Assembly (NCBI GenBank): GCA_963803705.1
Contig: CAWDNU010000003.1
Span: 256,001 to 320,000, forward strand
Direction of reading: 5' to 3'
DNA from: an uncultured Pseudobdellovibrionaceae bacterium
GTDB lineage: Bacteria > Bdellovibrionota > Bdellovibrionia > Bdellovibrionales > UBA1609
DNA length: 64,000 bases
Shown: in pieces, positions 20,950 through 30,755 of the stretch
Numbering within the stretch: position 1 is the first letter of the stretch
How the letters are laid out: every line of letters begins with the position of its first letter
Program-made: the position numbers and the translations under genes
The notes under the pieces: generated by a model
What the model was told of the DNA's origin: nothing
Seen by the model: the letters and a program-made list of their open reading frames with translations, nothing else
The model's database searches: none

Positions 20950-21950
20950 ATACAGATTTTCAAGAAAATATGATTGATGAGTTTTTTAATAAAAACAGTC
21001 AAACATTTTCAAAAGCCGTAGATAAAGTAGAACTTTCAAATGAAAACCTGACTGAAAACCTAAGGTGCGGTTTCGTATCGGTTATCGGACTACCTAACGC
21101 AGGGAAATCCACTTTGGTTAACCGCATTATTGGAGAACAGGTTTCCATCGTGAGCCCCAAGGCCCAAACAACTAGACAATGTGTAACGGGTATTTATACT
21201 AAAGATTCAAATCAAATAATTTTTGTTGATGCTCCTGGCTTCATTCAGGCAGATACAGGTTTAAATCACTTTATCCAAAGTCAATGGGAAGATTCCGTAA
21301 AAGATTGTGATGTGGTGCTGGGTGTTCTTAACTTGGACTGTGATACCGAAGAAAAAATATCAAACGCGATTAACACCCTAGCCTCTATCAACAAACCTAA
21401 ATTTGCGTACATAAATAAGGTTGATATTGTGAAATACGCCGAGCGCTTATTTCTAATTGAACAAAAGTTAAGAGATCAAAACATTGAATATGTTTTTGGC
21501 TCTGCAGTTTCAGCAAGCCAAGAAAATTTGAACGCTCTTATAAAAAATATATCTGAACGCTTACCCAAGACAAAAAATTTCATTTACGATAAAAGTCTAT
21601 ACACCTTACAAACAGAAAAAGAAATTGCGGCTGAGATTATTAGGGAAAAGTGTTTTAACTTGTTAGGTCAAGAAATTCCTTATCAGATAGGCGTCCATAT
21701 TATCGCTTTCAAAGAGGATCTGAAGTGTACCAAAATATATGCTGATATTTGGATATCTAAAGAAAGATATAAGAAAATTGTAGTAGGACAAAAGGGTGCT
21801 AAAATTCAAGACATCGGCACAGAGGCTAGAAAAGGTATTGAAAAAACCTTGGGAACCAAAGTCTATTTAAGTTTAAAAGTAAAACTTAAAGACTCATGGA
21901 CTAAAAAACCTAATATGTTGAAGGAAATTGGTTATGAGCGTAGAAAATAA
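20946..21950 (+). CDS. era: GTPase Era
   Basis: GLPNAGKST, SPKAQTTR, NKVD, EIPY and a KH domain; follows rnc. Confidence 0.95.
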   Translation: MNTDFQENMIDEFFNKNSQTFSKAVDKVELSNENLTENLRCGFVSVIGLPNAGKSTLVNRIIGEQVSIVSPKAQTTRQCVTGIYTKDSNQIIFVDAPGFIQADTGLNHFIQSQWEDSVKDCDVVLGVLNLDCDTEEKISNAINTLASINKPKFAYINKVDIVKYAERLFLIEQKLRDQNIEYVFGSAVSASQENLNALIKNISERLPKTKNFIYDKSLYTLQTEKEIAAEIIREKCFNLLGQEIPYQIGVHIIAFKEDLKCTKIYADIWISKERYKKIVVGQKGAKIQDIGTEARKGIEKTLGTKVYLSLKVKLKDSWTKKPNMLKEIGYERRK

Positions 21951-23391
21951 ATCTATCGACAAAGGCGAAAACTTTACCAACAAATATCCGAATGATGGTT
22001 TTAGGCCAAATGTTTCACCACTAGTTGATAACTTGAACACTAAGATTATGCAGACCTCACTTTTGAAGGTGGCCATAGTTGGTCGCCCTAATGTTGGTAA
22101 AAGTTCTTTATTTAACTATTTAACCCGGACAAGAGACGCTGTTGTTAAAGATGAGCCAGGTGTTACCAGAGACATAAAAAAAGGTCTTGCCGATTGGTGG
22201 GGACATGAATTTTATGTTTTTGACACAGGTGGTGTTACGGATGGAAAAGACGTGCTTTTTGAAATGGTAAAAAAGCAGGTGCTGCAATCCTTAGAATCTA
22301 TGGATCTGATCGTTTTTATGATGGATGGCAGAGGAGGGCTTTCGCCGGAAGATCAGAGTTTGTATCAAATAATAAAACGGTCTGGAAAACCATTTAAAGC
22401 AGTAGTCAATAAGATGGATCGTCAACAAGATATTGAAATGATGATGGGGGATTTTTACCAACTAGGAACAAGTGATTTTATTCCTATTTCAGTCGAGCAT
22501 CAGTCCGGCATTGAAGACCTAATCGAATGGTTTGGTTCTGTCAAAGAAACTTCTAATCTGTCAGAGCAAACTGCTGAAGATACAGAACTAGATTCTAGAA
22601 TTAACATTGCAATTGTGGGTAAGCCTAATGTAGGTAAGAGCTCTATATTAAATTGTGTTTTTGGAGAAAATAAGCAAGTAGTTTTTGATCAACCAGGCAC
22701 CACAGTTGATTTTGTAGACCACGACTTTGATTACGGGGAACAAAAATACACACTGATTGATACCGCTGGTCTTAGACGTCAATCTAAGCGAGAAGACGGT
22801 ATCGAATATTTGTCCGCAGTAAAAAGCTTTGATGCCATCAGGCGCTCTGATATCATGCTTTTGGTTGTGGATGCTCAAGAAGGTCCTACACGGCAAGACG
22901 CCAAGCTGATAGAGCATTTAATTGAAAACCATAAGCCTGTCCTACTAGTTTTTAACAAGTCTGATTTAGCTAGAAATGATCAAACAAATTACCGGCAAGT
23001 TTTAAAAGATAAACTTCAAAGGGAATTTCATTTTTTCGAAGACATTAGGTTTACCTTTACCTCAGCTGTAACTGGACAAGGTATTAAAGATCTTTTTGAG
23101 TTAGTAGATAAAACCTGGCAGGATCTAAATATTAAAATCCCGACCTCGAAATTAAACAAGTTCTTTACTGATGTTATTAGGCAAGCGCCTGCACCAGTTT
23201 ATCACTCTAAAGATGTTAAGTTTTACTACCTAACGCAAACCCACCAAAAGCCACCGAGCTTTATTGCTTTCACAAATTTTCCAGATGGGGTGACTCCAGC
23301 TTATAGAAGGTTTTTAGCAAAAAGGATTAAAGCTCACTGGGACATTGAGGGCCTACCAATTCGTATTTTTGCCATGAAGCGTTCAAAGTAA
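21934..23391 (+). CDS. der: Ribosome biogenesis GTPase Der (EngA)
   Basis: Two tandem G domains (GRPNVGKS, GKPNVGKS, DTGG, DTAG). The start is uncertain (21934 or 22048). Confidence 0.96.
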   Translation: MSVENKSIDKGENFTNKYPNDGFRPNVSPLVDNLNTKIMQTSLLKVAIVGRPNVGKSSLFNYLTRTRDAVVKDEPGVTRDIKKGLADWWGHEFYVFDTGGVTDGKDVLFEMVKKQVLQSLESMDLIVFMMDGRGGLSPEDQSLYQIIKRSGKPFKAVVNKMDRQQDIEMMMGDFYQLGTSDFIPISVEHQSGIEDLIEWFGSVKETSNLSEQTAEDTELDSRINIAIVGKPNVGKSSILNCVFGENKQVVFDQPGTTVDFVDHDFDYGEQKYTLIDTAGLRRQSKREDGIEYLSAVKSFDAIRRSDIMLLVVDAQEGPTRQDAKLIEHLIENHKPVLLVFNKSDLARNDQTNYRQVLKDKLQREFHFFEDIRFTFTSAVTGQGIKDLFELVDKTWQDLNIKIPTSKLNKFFTDVIRQAPAPVYHSKDVKFYYLTQTHQKPPSFIAFTNFPDGVTPAYRRFLAKRIKAHWDIEGLPIRIFAMKRSK

Positions 23392-23407
23392 ATTTAAGGA
23401 TAAAGTA

Positions 23408-24778
23408 ATGACTAAAAATCAAAAAAGATTTGGTTTGTATTTTATCACCATGGTCACAGCTTACGGTTTAGGTAATATTTGGCGATTTCCATACCTTGTT
23501 TTCGATTATGGACAAGGTGCTTTTTTGCTGCTTTTCTGCTTTTTGTGTTTCTTTATCGGAGTTCCATTAATTGTAACTGAAGTTTTAATGGGAAAGTCTT
23601 TTAATGATAGAGATTACGAAAGCTCAAGCCATATTCTAAAAAGTGTTTTCTCTAAGGCTAAGTTTCCGTTGATATGGTGGCTTCCTAGCATAATCACTTT
23701 GCTTGTACTTTCGTATTATACTTTAATCAGTTGTTGGGTTTTGCATTATATTTCAAGACTAATTTTTGCCCAGATCACTAAATCAGGTTTTGCAGTTAAC
23801 ACTGTGTTCGTAGATTTAATGAATCGACCCGTGCTTTTAATCCTGTTAAGTAGTGCGCATGTACTGATTATTTATTTGTTTTTAAACAAAGGTGAAAAAT
23901 TAAAATACAGATTTTGGATATCAGCGGTCTTCCCTTGCCTAACTTTCATTTTAGGTTATATCGCTTACAGGTATTTTACTTCCGATGATATGTTCGATAC
24001 GGCGAAAACCTTATTGTATCCAAATTTTTTAATGCTAAAAAAAGAGAGTTTAAACTACGCGCTTGGACACATGTTGTTCACCTTAAGCCTTGGTTTCGGA
24101 ACTCTAATTGGTGCGGGCCAAAGCTTAACGACTGGGTCTTCGACCACGTCAGCTTCTGCAAGACTAGGATTAACTGATAGTGCGATTTCAATAATTCTTT
24201 TAGCTGCTATATTTCCAATGGTTTTAAACACCGGGTTTCACGGACGAGGATCAGAAATTCTTTTTTACGTCATCCCCAGGTACTTTTCCGAGCATGGCTT
24301 AAGTCTTTTTATGGCCACAGTGTTTTACCTGCTGATTTACTTGTGCTCATTAACGGCGGGTCTTGGGCTAACTGAGTCCTTGTCTTCAAATATTTACGAA
24401 TCCTCTAGGCTATCAAAAAGCCAAAGCCATCTTGGGTCCTGTCTTCTGGTGTTTTTATCTAGTGTAACGTTTATCTTTTTATCTGAACTAACTCATATAA
24501 ACTCATTTAATTTTTTTGGTGTAAACATTCATAGCCTTAGTATTAGTGAGGTTGTTGTATTGGTGGATGACATTTTAATTAACTTTTTACTTCCTATCTC
24601 AGTAATTATTGGTCTTAGGGCTGCTTTGACACATTTAGATTCCAAGTATGTCAAAGAGGATTTTGCAATCAATGAGGGGATAAAAGCTTGGCCTTACTAC
24701 CTATACTGGAAGTTTATTATTAAGATCGGCTTTCCTTTACTCTTCATAATTTCACTTATCCTTCGCTTTGTATTATGA
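23408..24778 (+). CDS. Sodium-dependent transporter (SNF/NSS family)
   Basis: GLGNIWRFPY and FTLSLGFG motifs; many TM helices. Confidence 0.85.
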   Translation: MTKNQKRFGLYFITMVTAYGLGNIWRFPYLVFDYGQGAFLLLFCFLCFFIGVPLIVTEVLMGKSFNDRDYESSSHILKSVFSKAKFPLIWWLPSIITLLVLSYYTLISCWVLHYISRLIFAQITKSGFAVNTVFVDLMNRPVLLILLSSAHVLIIYLFLNKGEKLKYRFWISAVFPCLTFILGYIAYRYFTSDDMFDTAKTLLYPNFLMLKKESLNYALGHMLFTLSLGFGTLIGAGQSLTTGSSTTSASARLGLTDSAISIILLAAIFPMVLNTGFHGRGSEILFYVIPRYFSEHGLSLFMATVFYLLIYLCSLTAGLGLTESLSSNIYESSRLSKSQSHLGSCLLVFLSSVTFIFLSELTHINSFNFFGVNIHSLSISEVVVLVDDILINFLLPISVIIGLRAALTHLDSKYVKEDFAINEGIKAWPYYLYWKFIIKIGFPLLFIISLILRFVL

Positions 24779-25014
24779 TTTTAAGTTGATAGTTTTAAAT
24801 TTTAGCTTAAGTATTTATAGATTATCTCTATACACTAAAAGCTCATACAAGCAGTGTCACTTGAGTTGCTACAGTTCTGCCCCGCCAAAAGCGGAGCTTC
24901 ACCTGCAACTCTTCGCGCCACAGAACTCGTTTTAGTGTATAGAGATAATCTATAAATACTTAAGCTAAAATTTAAAACTATCAACTTAAAATCATAATAC
25001 AAAGCGAAGGATAA
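24756..25014. repeat. Perfect 85-bp inverted repeat (24756-24840 / 24930-25014) around an 89-bp spacer
   Basis: Base-by-base reverse-complement match: TTATCCTTCGCTTTGTATTATG...TACACTAAAA versus TTTTAGTGTA...CATAATACAAAGCGAAGGATAA. Confidence 0.95.
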
Positions 25015-25494
25015 ATGGAAACAATTAAGATAAAAACAGCATATTTAGCGGCAGGATGTTTTTGGGGTGTGCAATATAAATTAGATCGATTAAACGGTGT
25101 AACTGCAACAGAGGTGGGGTATATTGGTGGCTCAACTGACAACCCAACTTATCGCGATATTTGTAACTTAGAAACTGGCCATGCAGAAGTCGTTAAGGTG
25201 ACTTACGATGAGTCCTTACTTGAGTATAGTGATCTGCTGCATTTCTTTTTTTCCATACATGACCCCACGACTTTAAATCGACAGGGTCCAGATATTGGGA
25301 CTCAGTATAGGTCTGCTATTTTTACACAAGATGACAGCGAAGTTTCAATTGCTAAAAATATTATCGTAGACCTTGGTCAAAAGATTGGGCGACAGGTAGC
25401 CACGCAAGTCGAATCCAAACTAAATTATTTTACTGCCGAAGAGTATCACCAAAAGTATGTCGATAAAAACCCCGGGTCTTGTCACATTGAATGA
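25015..25494 (+). CDS. msrA: Peptide methionine sulfoxide reductase A
   Basis: GCFWG, GHAEVV, HDPT..NRQGPDIGTQYRS, AEEYHQKY. Confidence 0.96.
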   Translation: METIKIKTAYLAAGCFWGVQYKLDRLNGVTATEVGYIGGSTDNPTYRDICNLETGHAEVVKVTYDESLLEYSDLLHFFFSIHDPTTLNRQGPDIGTQYRSAIFTQDDSEVSIAKNIIVDLGQKIGRQVATQVESKLNYFTAEEYHQKYVDKNPGSCHIE

Positions 25495-25598
25495 GAGCAA
25501 TGTGGAGTGATCTCCATGTCAAAATAATTTAGAATCCATTTTGGTGCTCGATAATTAGGGTATTGAAGCAATCGTGCTTCTAAAACGGAGACCACCAC

Positions 25599-25853
25599 AT
25601 GAAAAATAAATCTTTAATTTTAAAATTAGTTGCCGCAACTGCACTTTTTGCAAATTTTGCCTATGCAGCACCGAAATCTACAAAAAAAGTCACAAAAACA
25701 GAAGTGAGTGATAGCTACGACGATATGGAAGATTCTGAATATCAAGTCAAAAAAGAGACTGTAAAGCCAGTGGCAAAAAAAGCACCAAGTCGCTACAATA
25801 AGTCAGCCAAGTATTCAAAAAAACAAACAAAAAAAACAAAATCTAGAATGTAG
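25599..25853 (+). CDS. Small secreted lysine-rich hypothetical protein
   Basis: Signal peptide ending AYA; GGAG RBS; strongly basic mature part. Confidence 0.65.
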   Translation: MKNKSLILKLVAATALFANFAYAAPKSTKKVTKTEVSDSYDDMEDSEYQVKKETVKPVAKKAPSRYNKSAKYSKKQTKKTKSRM

Positions 25854-25894
25854 TAGCTGCTTAAACTGAATTTGATTTTAAATATATCACTAAA

Positions 25895-25963
25895 AAAAAG
25901 CGAACCACGATATCTACCTGTATCTACTTCTGAGATACAGGTAGATATCGTGGTTCGCTTTTT
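25895..25963. terminator. Bidirectional terminator-like perfect 31-bp hairpin
   Basis: AAAAAGCGAACCACGATATCTACCTGTATCT-N7-exact reverse complement, between convergent genes. Confidence 0.8.
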
Positions 25964-26098
25964 AGATCATTAGAATGTACAGAGTTAAAAGTGCTAGTTC
26001 AAACTTATTAGTAACTAGAATAGGAGTTTAGGTTCAATTAGAGAAAATATTGGTTTTTAGCCTTGCTGGTCTTTAGATCAGTATTGAATACAAACATA

Positions 26099-26788
26099 TC
26101 ATACTCTAAGAGTTAAGCTATAACCAAAATTTTTGACAGTGTTCAAACTTAATTTCGTTCGCATTATTTTTTTGCGCAGATGGGCAATGTGGCTATCGAT
26201 AGTTCGCTCTGTGATAAAGGTATTTGACCATACATTATCTAAAATTTGTTGCCTTGAGTACACCTGCTCCATACGTTTTGATAGCATTTTTAAAATTTTT
26301 ATTTCGTAAGCTGTCAACTGCAGGTCAATTTCTTTGGATTTAGAAATTTGAAAAACCTTTTGACGATCTAAGTCCAAAACAACATCCCCAAGTTGGATTC
26401 TATTTTTTTGATCGCTACTTGATCTTCTTTTCATAATCCTAGCGTCAACTCTGGCTTTTAATTCAATAGGATCAAAAGGCTTTTCAATAAAGTCCTCGAC
26501 CCCCAGGCTAAAAGCCAGGACTTTGTTTGAAATATCTTTATGATTTGAAAATATTAATACAGGTATATCTTTTGAATCTGGACCTTGCAAAAATTTGTTA
26601 ACGAATCTAAGCCCATCGCCGTCGGGCAGCCGAATGTCTACAAGCAAAGAAGAAAATTGGTGTTCGCAAAGCAAGGATTCTGCCTCTGATAAACTATGCG
26701 CTGAAATAACGTGATACTGACTAAGCGTCGCTTCAACTACGGCTTGAATTGTTAAATCATCGTCAATACATAAGATTTTATCTTTCAT
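26099..26788 (-). CDS. OmpR-family response regulator (no kinase nearby)
   Basis: CIDDD, DIRLPDGDG, KPF and a winged helix (RTIDSHIAHLRKK). Confidence 0.92.
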   Translation of the reverse strand: MKDKILCIDDDLTIQAVVEATLSQYHVISAHSLSEAESLLCEHQFSSLLVDIRLPDGDGLRFVNKFLQGPDSKDIPVLIFSNHKDISNKVLAFSLGVEDFIEKPFDPIELKARVDARIMKRRSSSDQKNRIQLGDVVLDLDRQKVFQISKSKEIDLQLTAYEIKILKMLSKRMEQVYSRQQILDNVWSNTFITERTIDSHIAHLRKKIMRTKLSLNTVKNFGYSLTLRV

Positions 26789-27045
26789 CTTCTAAAATTC
26801 TATCATCACTAGTTTAACAAAAGAAGAAAAATTCAAGTTGGAGGTCTCTCCACATTAAATCATCTGCCACAGATGAACTTTCCAAGTTTTTTTCAAAACT
26901 TGAATTGTGCGATGACATTGATTTAGCAGTAGAATTAATCAAACAGATAAAATTCGAAATACCCAGGGTGAAACGATGACTCTCGGCCGATACTAACTTG
27001 TTATCGTCCCTTCAAGGCTTAGATATAAATAAAGTATGATTGGGT

Positions 27046-27804
27046 TTAGTAATTGATACCTATAGTGGCCATCAAGGTCACCGGGTCTCCCGATTGGTCT
27101 AAATTTGTAGAACCTGTTCCGGTGAAGTCTGGATCGGGTAATTTATTACCTTCTCCTGGGAAAGTAGCAAGCTGATATAGCAGTTGAAAGCCAACAAAAT
27201 TCTTTTTGTTATTAAATATGTATTCAACGCCTGCTCCTAAATCAAAACTTTGAGCATTGTCGCTACCTTTTACAATTGAACTGCTAGTAGAGTGGGATCT
27301 ACGAATTTGAGATACACCGCCTATTATATAAGGATTCCATTCAGCGAAAGCTCTTGTCATATTTTGAGTGTTGAAGAAATACTTACCGTGTAAGTTTATG
27401 TCAAAAAGACGCATTTTTGAATTAAACTGGCTTCCATCATTAGCTCTGAAAGAAAAATTATGATCACTGGTTGATAATCCTACCTGAAATGCAAATTGAA
27501 GATCAAAAAAGTAAGTTAAAAACATTCCGAAACTTGCAGCCTCACTGTAAAAATCAGAATAACCACCGGTGAAGCCTTTTAAACCAGCAGAGATACCTAT
27601 GTTCAAAAGCCTACCATTTCTAAAGAAATTGATATCAGCTTCTTCATCAGAGGCTTCGGTAAATTCAGTATAATCAGAAAATGGATCATAATTTTCTTCA
27701 GACTGAATTTCATCTTGGGCCCATAGGGGACTGTTAAAACTTAGGGCTAAGATAGTAAGCTGACATACGATAAAAAAGAGGGATGTTTTTTTAATTAAAT
27801 TCAT
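27046..27804 (-). CDS. Outer-membrane beta-barrel protein
   Basis: Signal peptide, acidic N-terminus, amphipathic strands, C-terminal aromatic residue (GINY). Confidence 0.7.
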   Translation of the reverse strand: MNLIKKTSLFFIVCQLTILALSFNSPLWAQDEIQSEENYDPFSDYTEFTEASDEEADINFFRNGRLLNIGISAGLKGFTGGYSDFYSEAASFGMFLTYFFDLQFAFQVGLSTSDHNFSFRANDGSQFNSKMRLFDINLHGKYFFNTQNMTRAFAEWNPYIIGGVSQIRRSHSTSSSIVKGSDNAQSFDLGAGVEYIFNNKKNFVGFQLLYQLATFPGEGNKLPDPDFTGTGSTNLDQSGDPVTLMATIGINY

Positions 27805-27907
27805 AGATTAAGTCTAAAAGAGCTTAGGTTATTTGGCAAAATTCGAGCAATATTAGGACGCAGGTTTTTTGAAGAACTTGACCTATGTCATGTAAGATCA
27901 TAATTAT

Positions 27908-28921
27908 GTGGCTATGGATCCAATAGATTATAAAACCAGTGGTGTAGATATCCAAAAAGGTGATGCTTTTGTCGAATGGATCAAGCAGACTCAGCCAAAA
28001 AATCAGCCTCATCAAAGTCAAATCATCGACGGTTTGGGTGGTTTCGCCGGTGTATTCAAAGCCAATTTTAAATCTATGGAGGACCCATGTTTGGTGGCCT
28101 CCACTGACGGGGTCGGCACTAAGCTGTTGTTAGGCGAAAAGTACAATCGTATAGAAGACTTGGGGCAAGACTTAGTGGCAATGTGTGTAAACGACTTAGT
28201 GTGTTTAGGTGCGGATCCGTTATTTTTCTTAGACTATTATGCATGTGGTAAGCTAGATTTAGACAAAGCCAAGGCCTTTGTAACAGGCGTTAGAAATGCG
28301 TGCTTAAAATCTAATTTATTTCTTCTTGGCGGGGAAACAGCTGAAATGCCCGGCCTATATTCAGAGCATCAATTTGATGGAGCAGGTTTTGCCGTAGGTG
28401 TTGTTGATCAGAAGTCTATTTGGGGTAAGCATAACGTAGAGGCAGGTCACAGACTTGTCGCTGTTGAATCTTCGGGCTTTCATTCAAACGGTTATTCTTT
28501 ACTTAGAAATGTGTTCAAAGATGATTTGGACGAGTGGATTGATTTTTTACTTAAACCCACCCATCTATATGTCGAGTTGACTCAAAAATTAAGAACTGAA
28601 AAGTTAAATATTAAGGCGTGCGCTAATATAACCGGTGGGGGAATGTCTAATATTCCTAGATGTTTAGACAAAGATCTTCAAGCAGTTTTAATGCCATGGA
28701 ATTTGCCAGAGGCATTTCAAGAGGTCTTAAATCGGACTCAGGCCAAATTAGAAGACTTCTACGAAACACTGAATTGTGGTGTGGGCTTTGTAGTCATCAC
28801 AGACCAACAAGACCAGGTGGCCACTATTGAATGCATTCAGTCCTTAGGTTTTAAGGCTTGGGATTTAGGGGTTGTCACGAAAAAAAGTAACACTGATGAT
28901 CCTGACTGGGTCTTCGCTTAG
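27908..28921 (+). CDS. purM: Phosphoribosylformylglycinamidine cyclo-ligase
   Basis: YKTSGVDI, STDGVGTK, GGETAEMPG, SSGFHSNGYSL. The start may be 27914. Confidence 0.96.
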   Translation: MAMDPIDYKTSGVDIQKGDAFVEWIKQTQPKNQPHQSQIIDGLGGFAGVFKANFKSMEDPCLVASTDGVGTKLLLGEKYNRIEDLGQDLVAMCVNDLVCLGADPLFFLDYYACGKLDLDKAKAFVTGVRNACLKSNLFLLGGETAEMPGLYSEHQFDGAGFAVGVVDQKSIWGKHNVEAGHRLVAVESSGFHSNGYSLLRNVFKDDLDEWIDFLLKPTHLYVELTQKLRTEKLNIKACANITGGGMSNIPRCLDKDLQAVLMPWNLPEAFQEVLNRTQAKLEDFYETLNCGVGFVVITDQQDQVATIECIQSLGFKAWDLGVVTKKSNTDDPDWVFA

Positions 28922-28924
28922 ATA

Positions 28925-29482
28925 ATGCACAGGAAATGGGCTTTATTTTTTTCTGGCAAAGGTTCAAATTTAGAAGCTGTATTAGAGAAGTATCATTTGA
29001 CTTGGAAAGTGCCTCCGGTAGTTGTTACAAACAATCCAAAAGCTTTAGGTTGCAAAGTCGCTAGCAGATTTAAATTACAGCCAATAATTCTGGAAAAGCC
29101 GATAGATTATGATCTTTTGTCTGCGACACTTAAAGAACAAAATGTTGAGCTTATTTTTTTGTTGGGTTATTTAAAAATTTTACCTGCTTCGTTTATAAAT
29201 AATTGGGCCGAAACCATTTTCAACTTACACCCCAGTCTGCTGCCTAAGTATCCAGGTTTACTAAGCATTGAAAAAGCCTGGACTGATAAAAAAAACATTG
29301 GTGTGTCTATCCACAGAGTCACCGAGGGTGTAGACCAAGGTGCAATTTTACTGCAGCAGTTAGTTCTCAAACCAAAGGATTACGACCACTTGTCTCTTGA
29401 AGAGGTTATAGCCTTAGTTCATAGTAAAGAGCATCAAATTGTGTGTGATTTTATTCCCCTGGGAGAAAAAAACATTGTCTGA
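28925..29482 (+). CDS. purN: Phosphoribosylglycinamide formyltransferase
   Basis: SGKGSNL, NLHPSLLPKYPG, H.V..GVDQG. Confidence 0.9.
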   Translation: MHRKWALFFSGKGSNLEAVLEKYHLTWKVPPVVVTNNPKALGCKVASRFKLQPIILEKPIDYDLLSATLKEQNVELIFLLGYLKILPASFINNWAETIFNLHPSLLPKYPGLLSIEKAWTDKKNIGVSIHRVTEGVDQGAILLQQLVLKPKDYDHLSLEEVIALVHSKEHQIVCDFIPLGEKNIV

Positions 29483-30755
29483 ATCTACGACTCCTAAATA
29501 TGACGTATTGATTTTTAGTGTTTTTGGTCGAAATCATTGGCTTGCCTCTCAATTAAAATCTGTTGGACTGAGTGTTGCTTTGATGGATCTGACTGCTCTT
29601 TATCAAAAAGGCTTAGCTGAAGATTGGGAGGGTCCTCTTCCACTTATCTTTCCTGATTCCATGGCTCGTTCCTATAGTCAAAGCTTAGTAGATCAAGATC
29701 GTTCGGAACTGCTTAATCGCGGACCGAGTTTAAGAGTTAAAGGCAAAGGGCTGCTGGAATTTAAATCAGATCACGCGGGCTATGTGTTGGATAGTTGGCA
29801 GCAGTCTGGTCTATGGCTTACTGAAGAAGATCAAAAACCCGATGCAAATCAAACAGACAAAGCCATAAAAAAAAAGATAAATGAGTTAGAATTTAAGAAC
29901 ACATGGTTAAAGGCACTTCTGAAGCAGTGGCGGTCCAACACGCTTAAATCTTTAAGAGACGTCGACCAGAACAGTCCAGAGTTTCCACTAAATGCCAACT
30001 ATGTATTGCGGCAGCCTTCAAGAAGAGGATATATGGAAAGCTCTTCATGGCTTAAAGATACGGGTGTAGTCGTTTTACCTACGCCCTCTTGGTGGAGACT
30101 TAACCTTGAAACTGGTGGTAAATGGTCCTTGTCTTTAAAAGGCGCTAGCGAGACCACTGAATCTTTAGGCCCAACTTTAAGAGCTGACAAATTTATTTTA
30201 GGTTTGACCTCCTACGAGTTGCACAAGTTTTCGGGTCAATTTAACATTCCTGAGTTTGAGCTTAAAACTCCGACGGCATTTTGGGTACGCTGGAGAGGGA
30301 AAGTGTCCCGGCCGGAATCTTTAGATTTCATACCAAGCTATTCAATGTATTTATCAAACCCAGAGTTTGGGGTTTTTAGTGAAAATATGATCACTGTTAT
30401 CAAACGACCTAACGGCGATTTAGATATTTGGGCATGCCTGTCTATCGAGTCTTTGTCCGATCCAAACTTTCAAGATTCTATCAAAGAAACTATGGAAAAA
30501 AAGTTGCAGTCTTTCGTGCCCGAATTTGAGGGTTTAGAGTTAGAAGATCTTAGACTAGGTTCTGACTTGTTTTCTTTTTGGCCGTTGTACAAATATAAAT
30601 CTACTTCTGTTCACCAAAAATTAAATTTGATCACTGATTCTCCAGAAACTTGGTTGGCACTAGATACTCATTCACGATATTTAGGCCAGTTAAAATTGAT
30701 TGAAGAATTAAAAAATGATTTTGCATTACTGTCTGCAGGAGCAAAGAAAAAATGA
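29475..30755 (+). CDS. Hypothetical protein inside the pur operon, with a degenerate Rossmann-like N-terminus
   Basis: Long ORF overlapping both purN and purB; likely TTG start at 29475; YDVLIFSVFG...LASQL..VGLSVALMD. Confidence 0.65.
   Translation: MSESTTPKYDVLIFSVFGRNHWLASQLKSVGLSVALMDLTALYQKGLAEDWEGPLPLIFPDSMARSYSQSLVDQDRSELLNRGPSLRVKGKGLLEFKSDHAGYVLDSWQQSGLWLTEEDQKPDANQTDKAIKKKINELEFKNTWLKALLKQWRSNTLKSLRDVDQNSPEFPLNANYVLRQPSRRGYMESSSWLKDTGVVVLPTPSWWRLNLETGGKWSLSLKGASETTESLGPTLRADKFILGLTSYELHKFSGQFNIPEFELKTPTAFWVRWRGKVSRPESLDFIPSYSMYLSNPEFGVFSENMITVIKRPNGDLDIWACLSIESLSDPNFQDSIKETMEKKLQSFVPEFEGLELEDLRLGSDLFSFWPLYKYKSTSVHQKLNLITDSPETWLALDTHSRYLGQLKLIEELKNDFALLSAGAKKK

Noticed and set aside
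26965..27012. Imperfect hairpin upstream of the response regulator as a possible riboswitch
   Set aside because: No recognisable aptamer motif, and the weak stem could be chance or a terminator.
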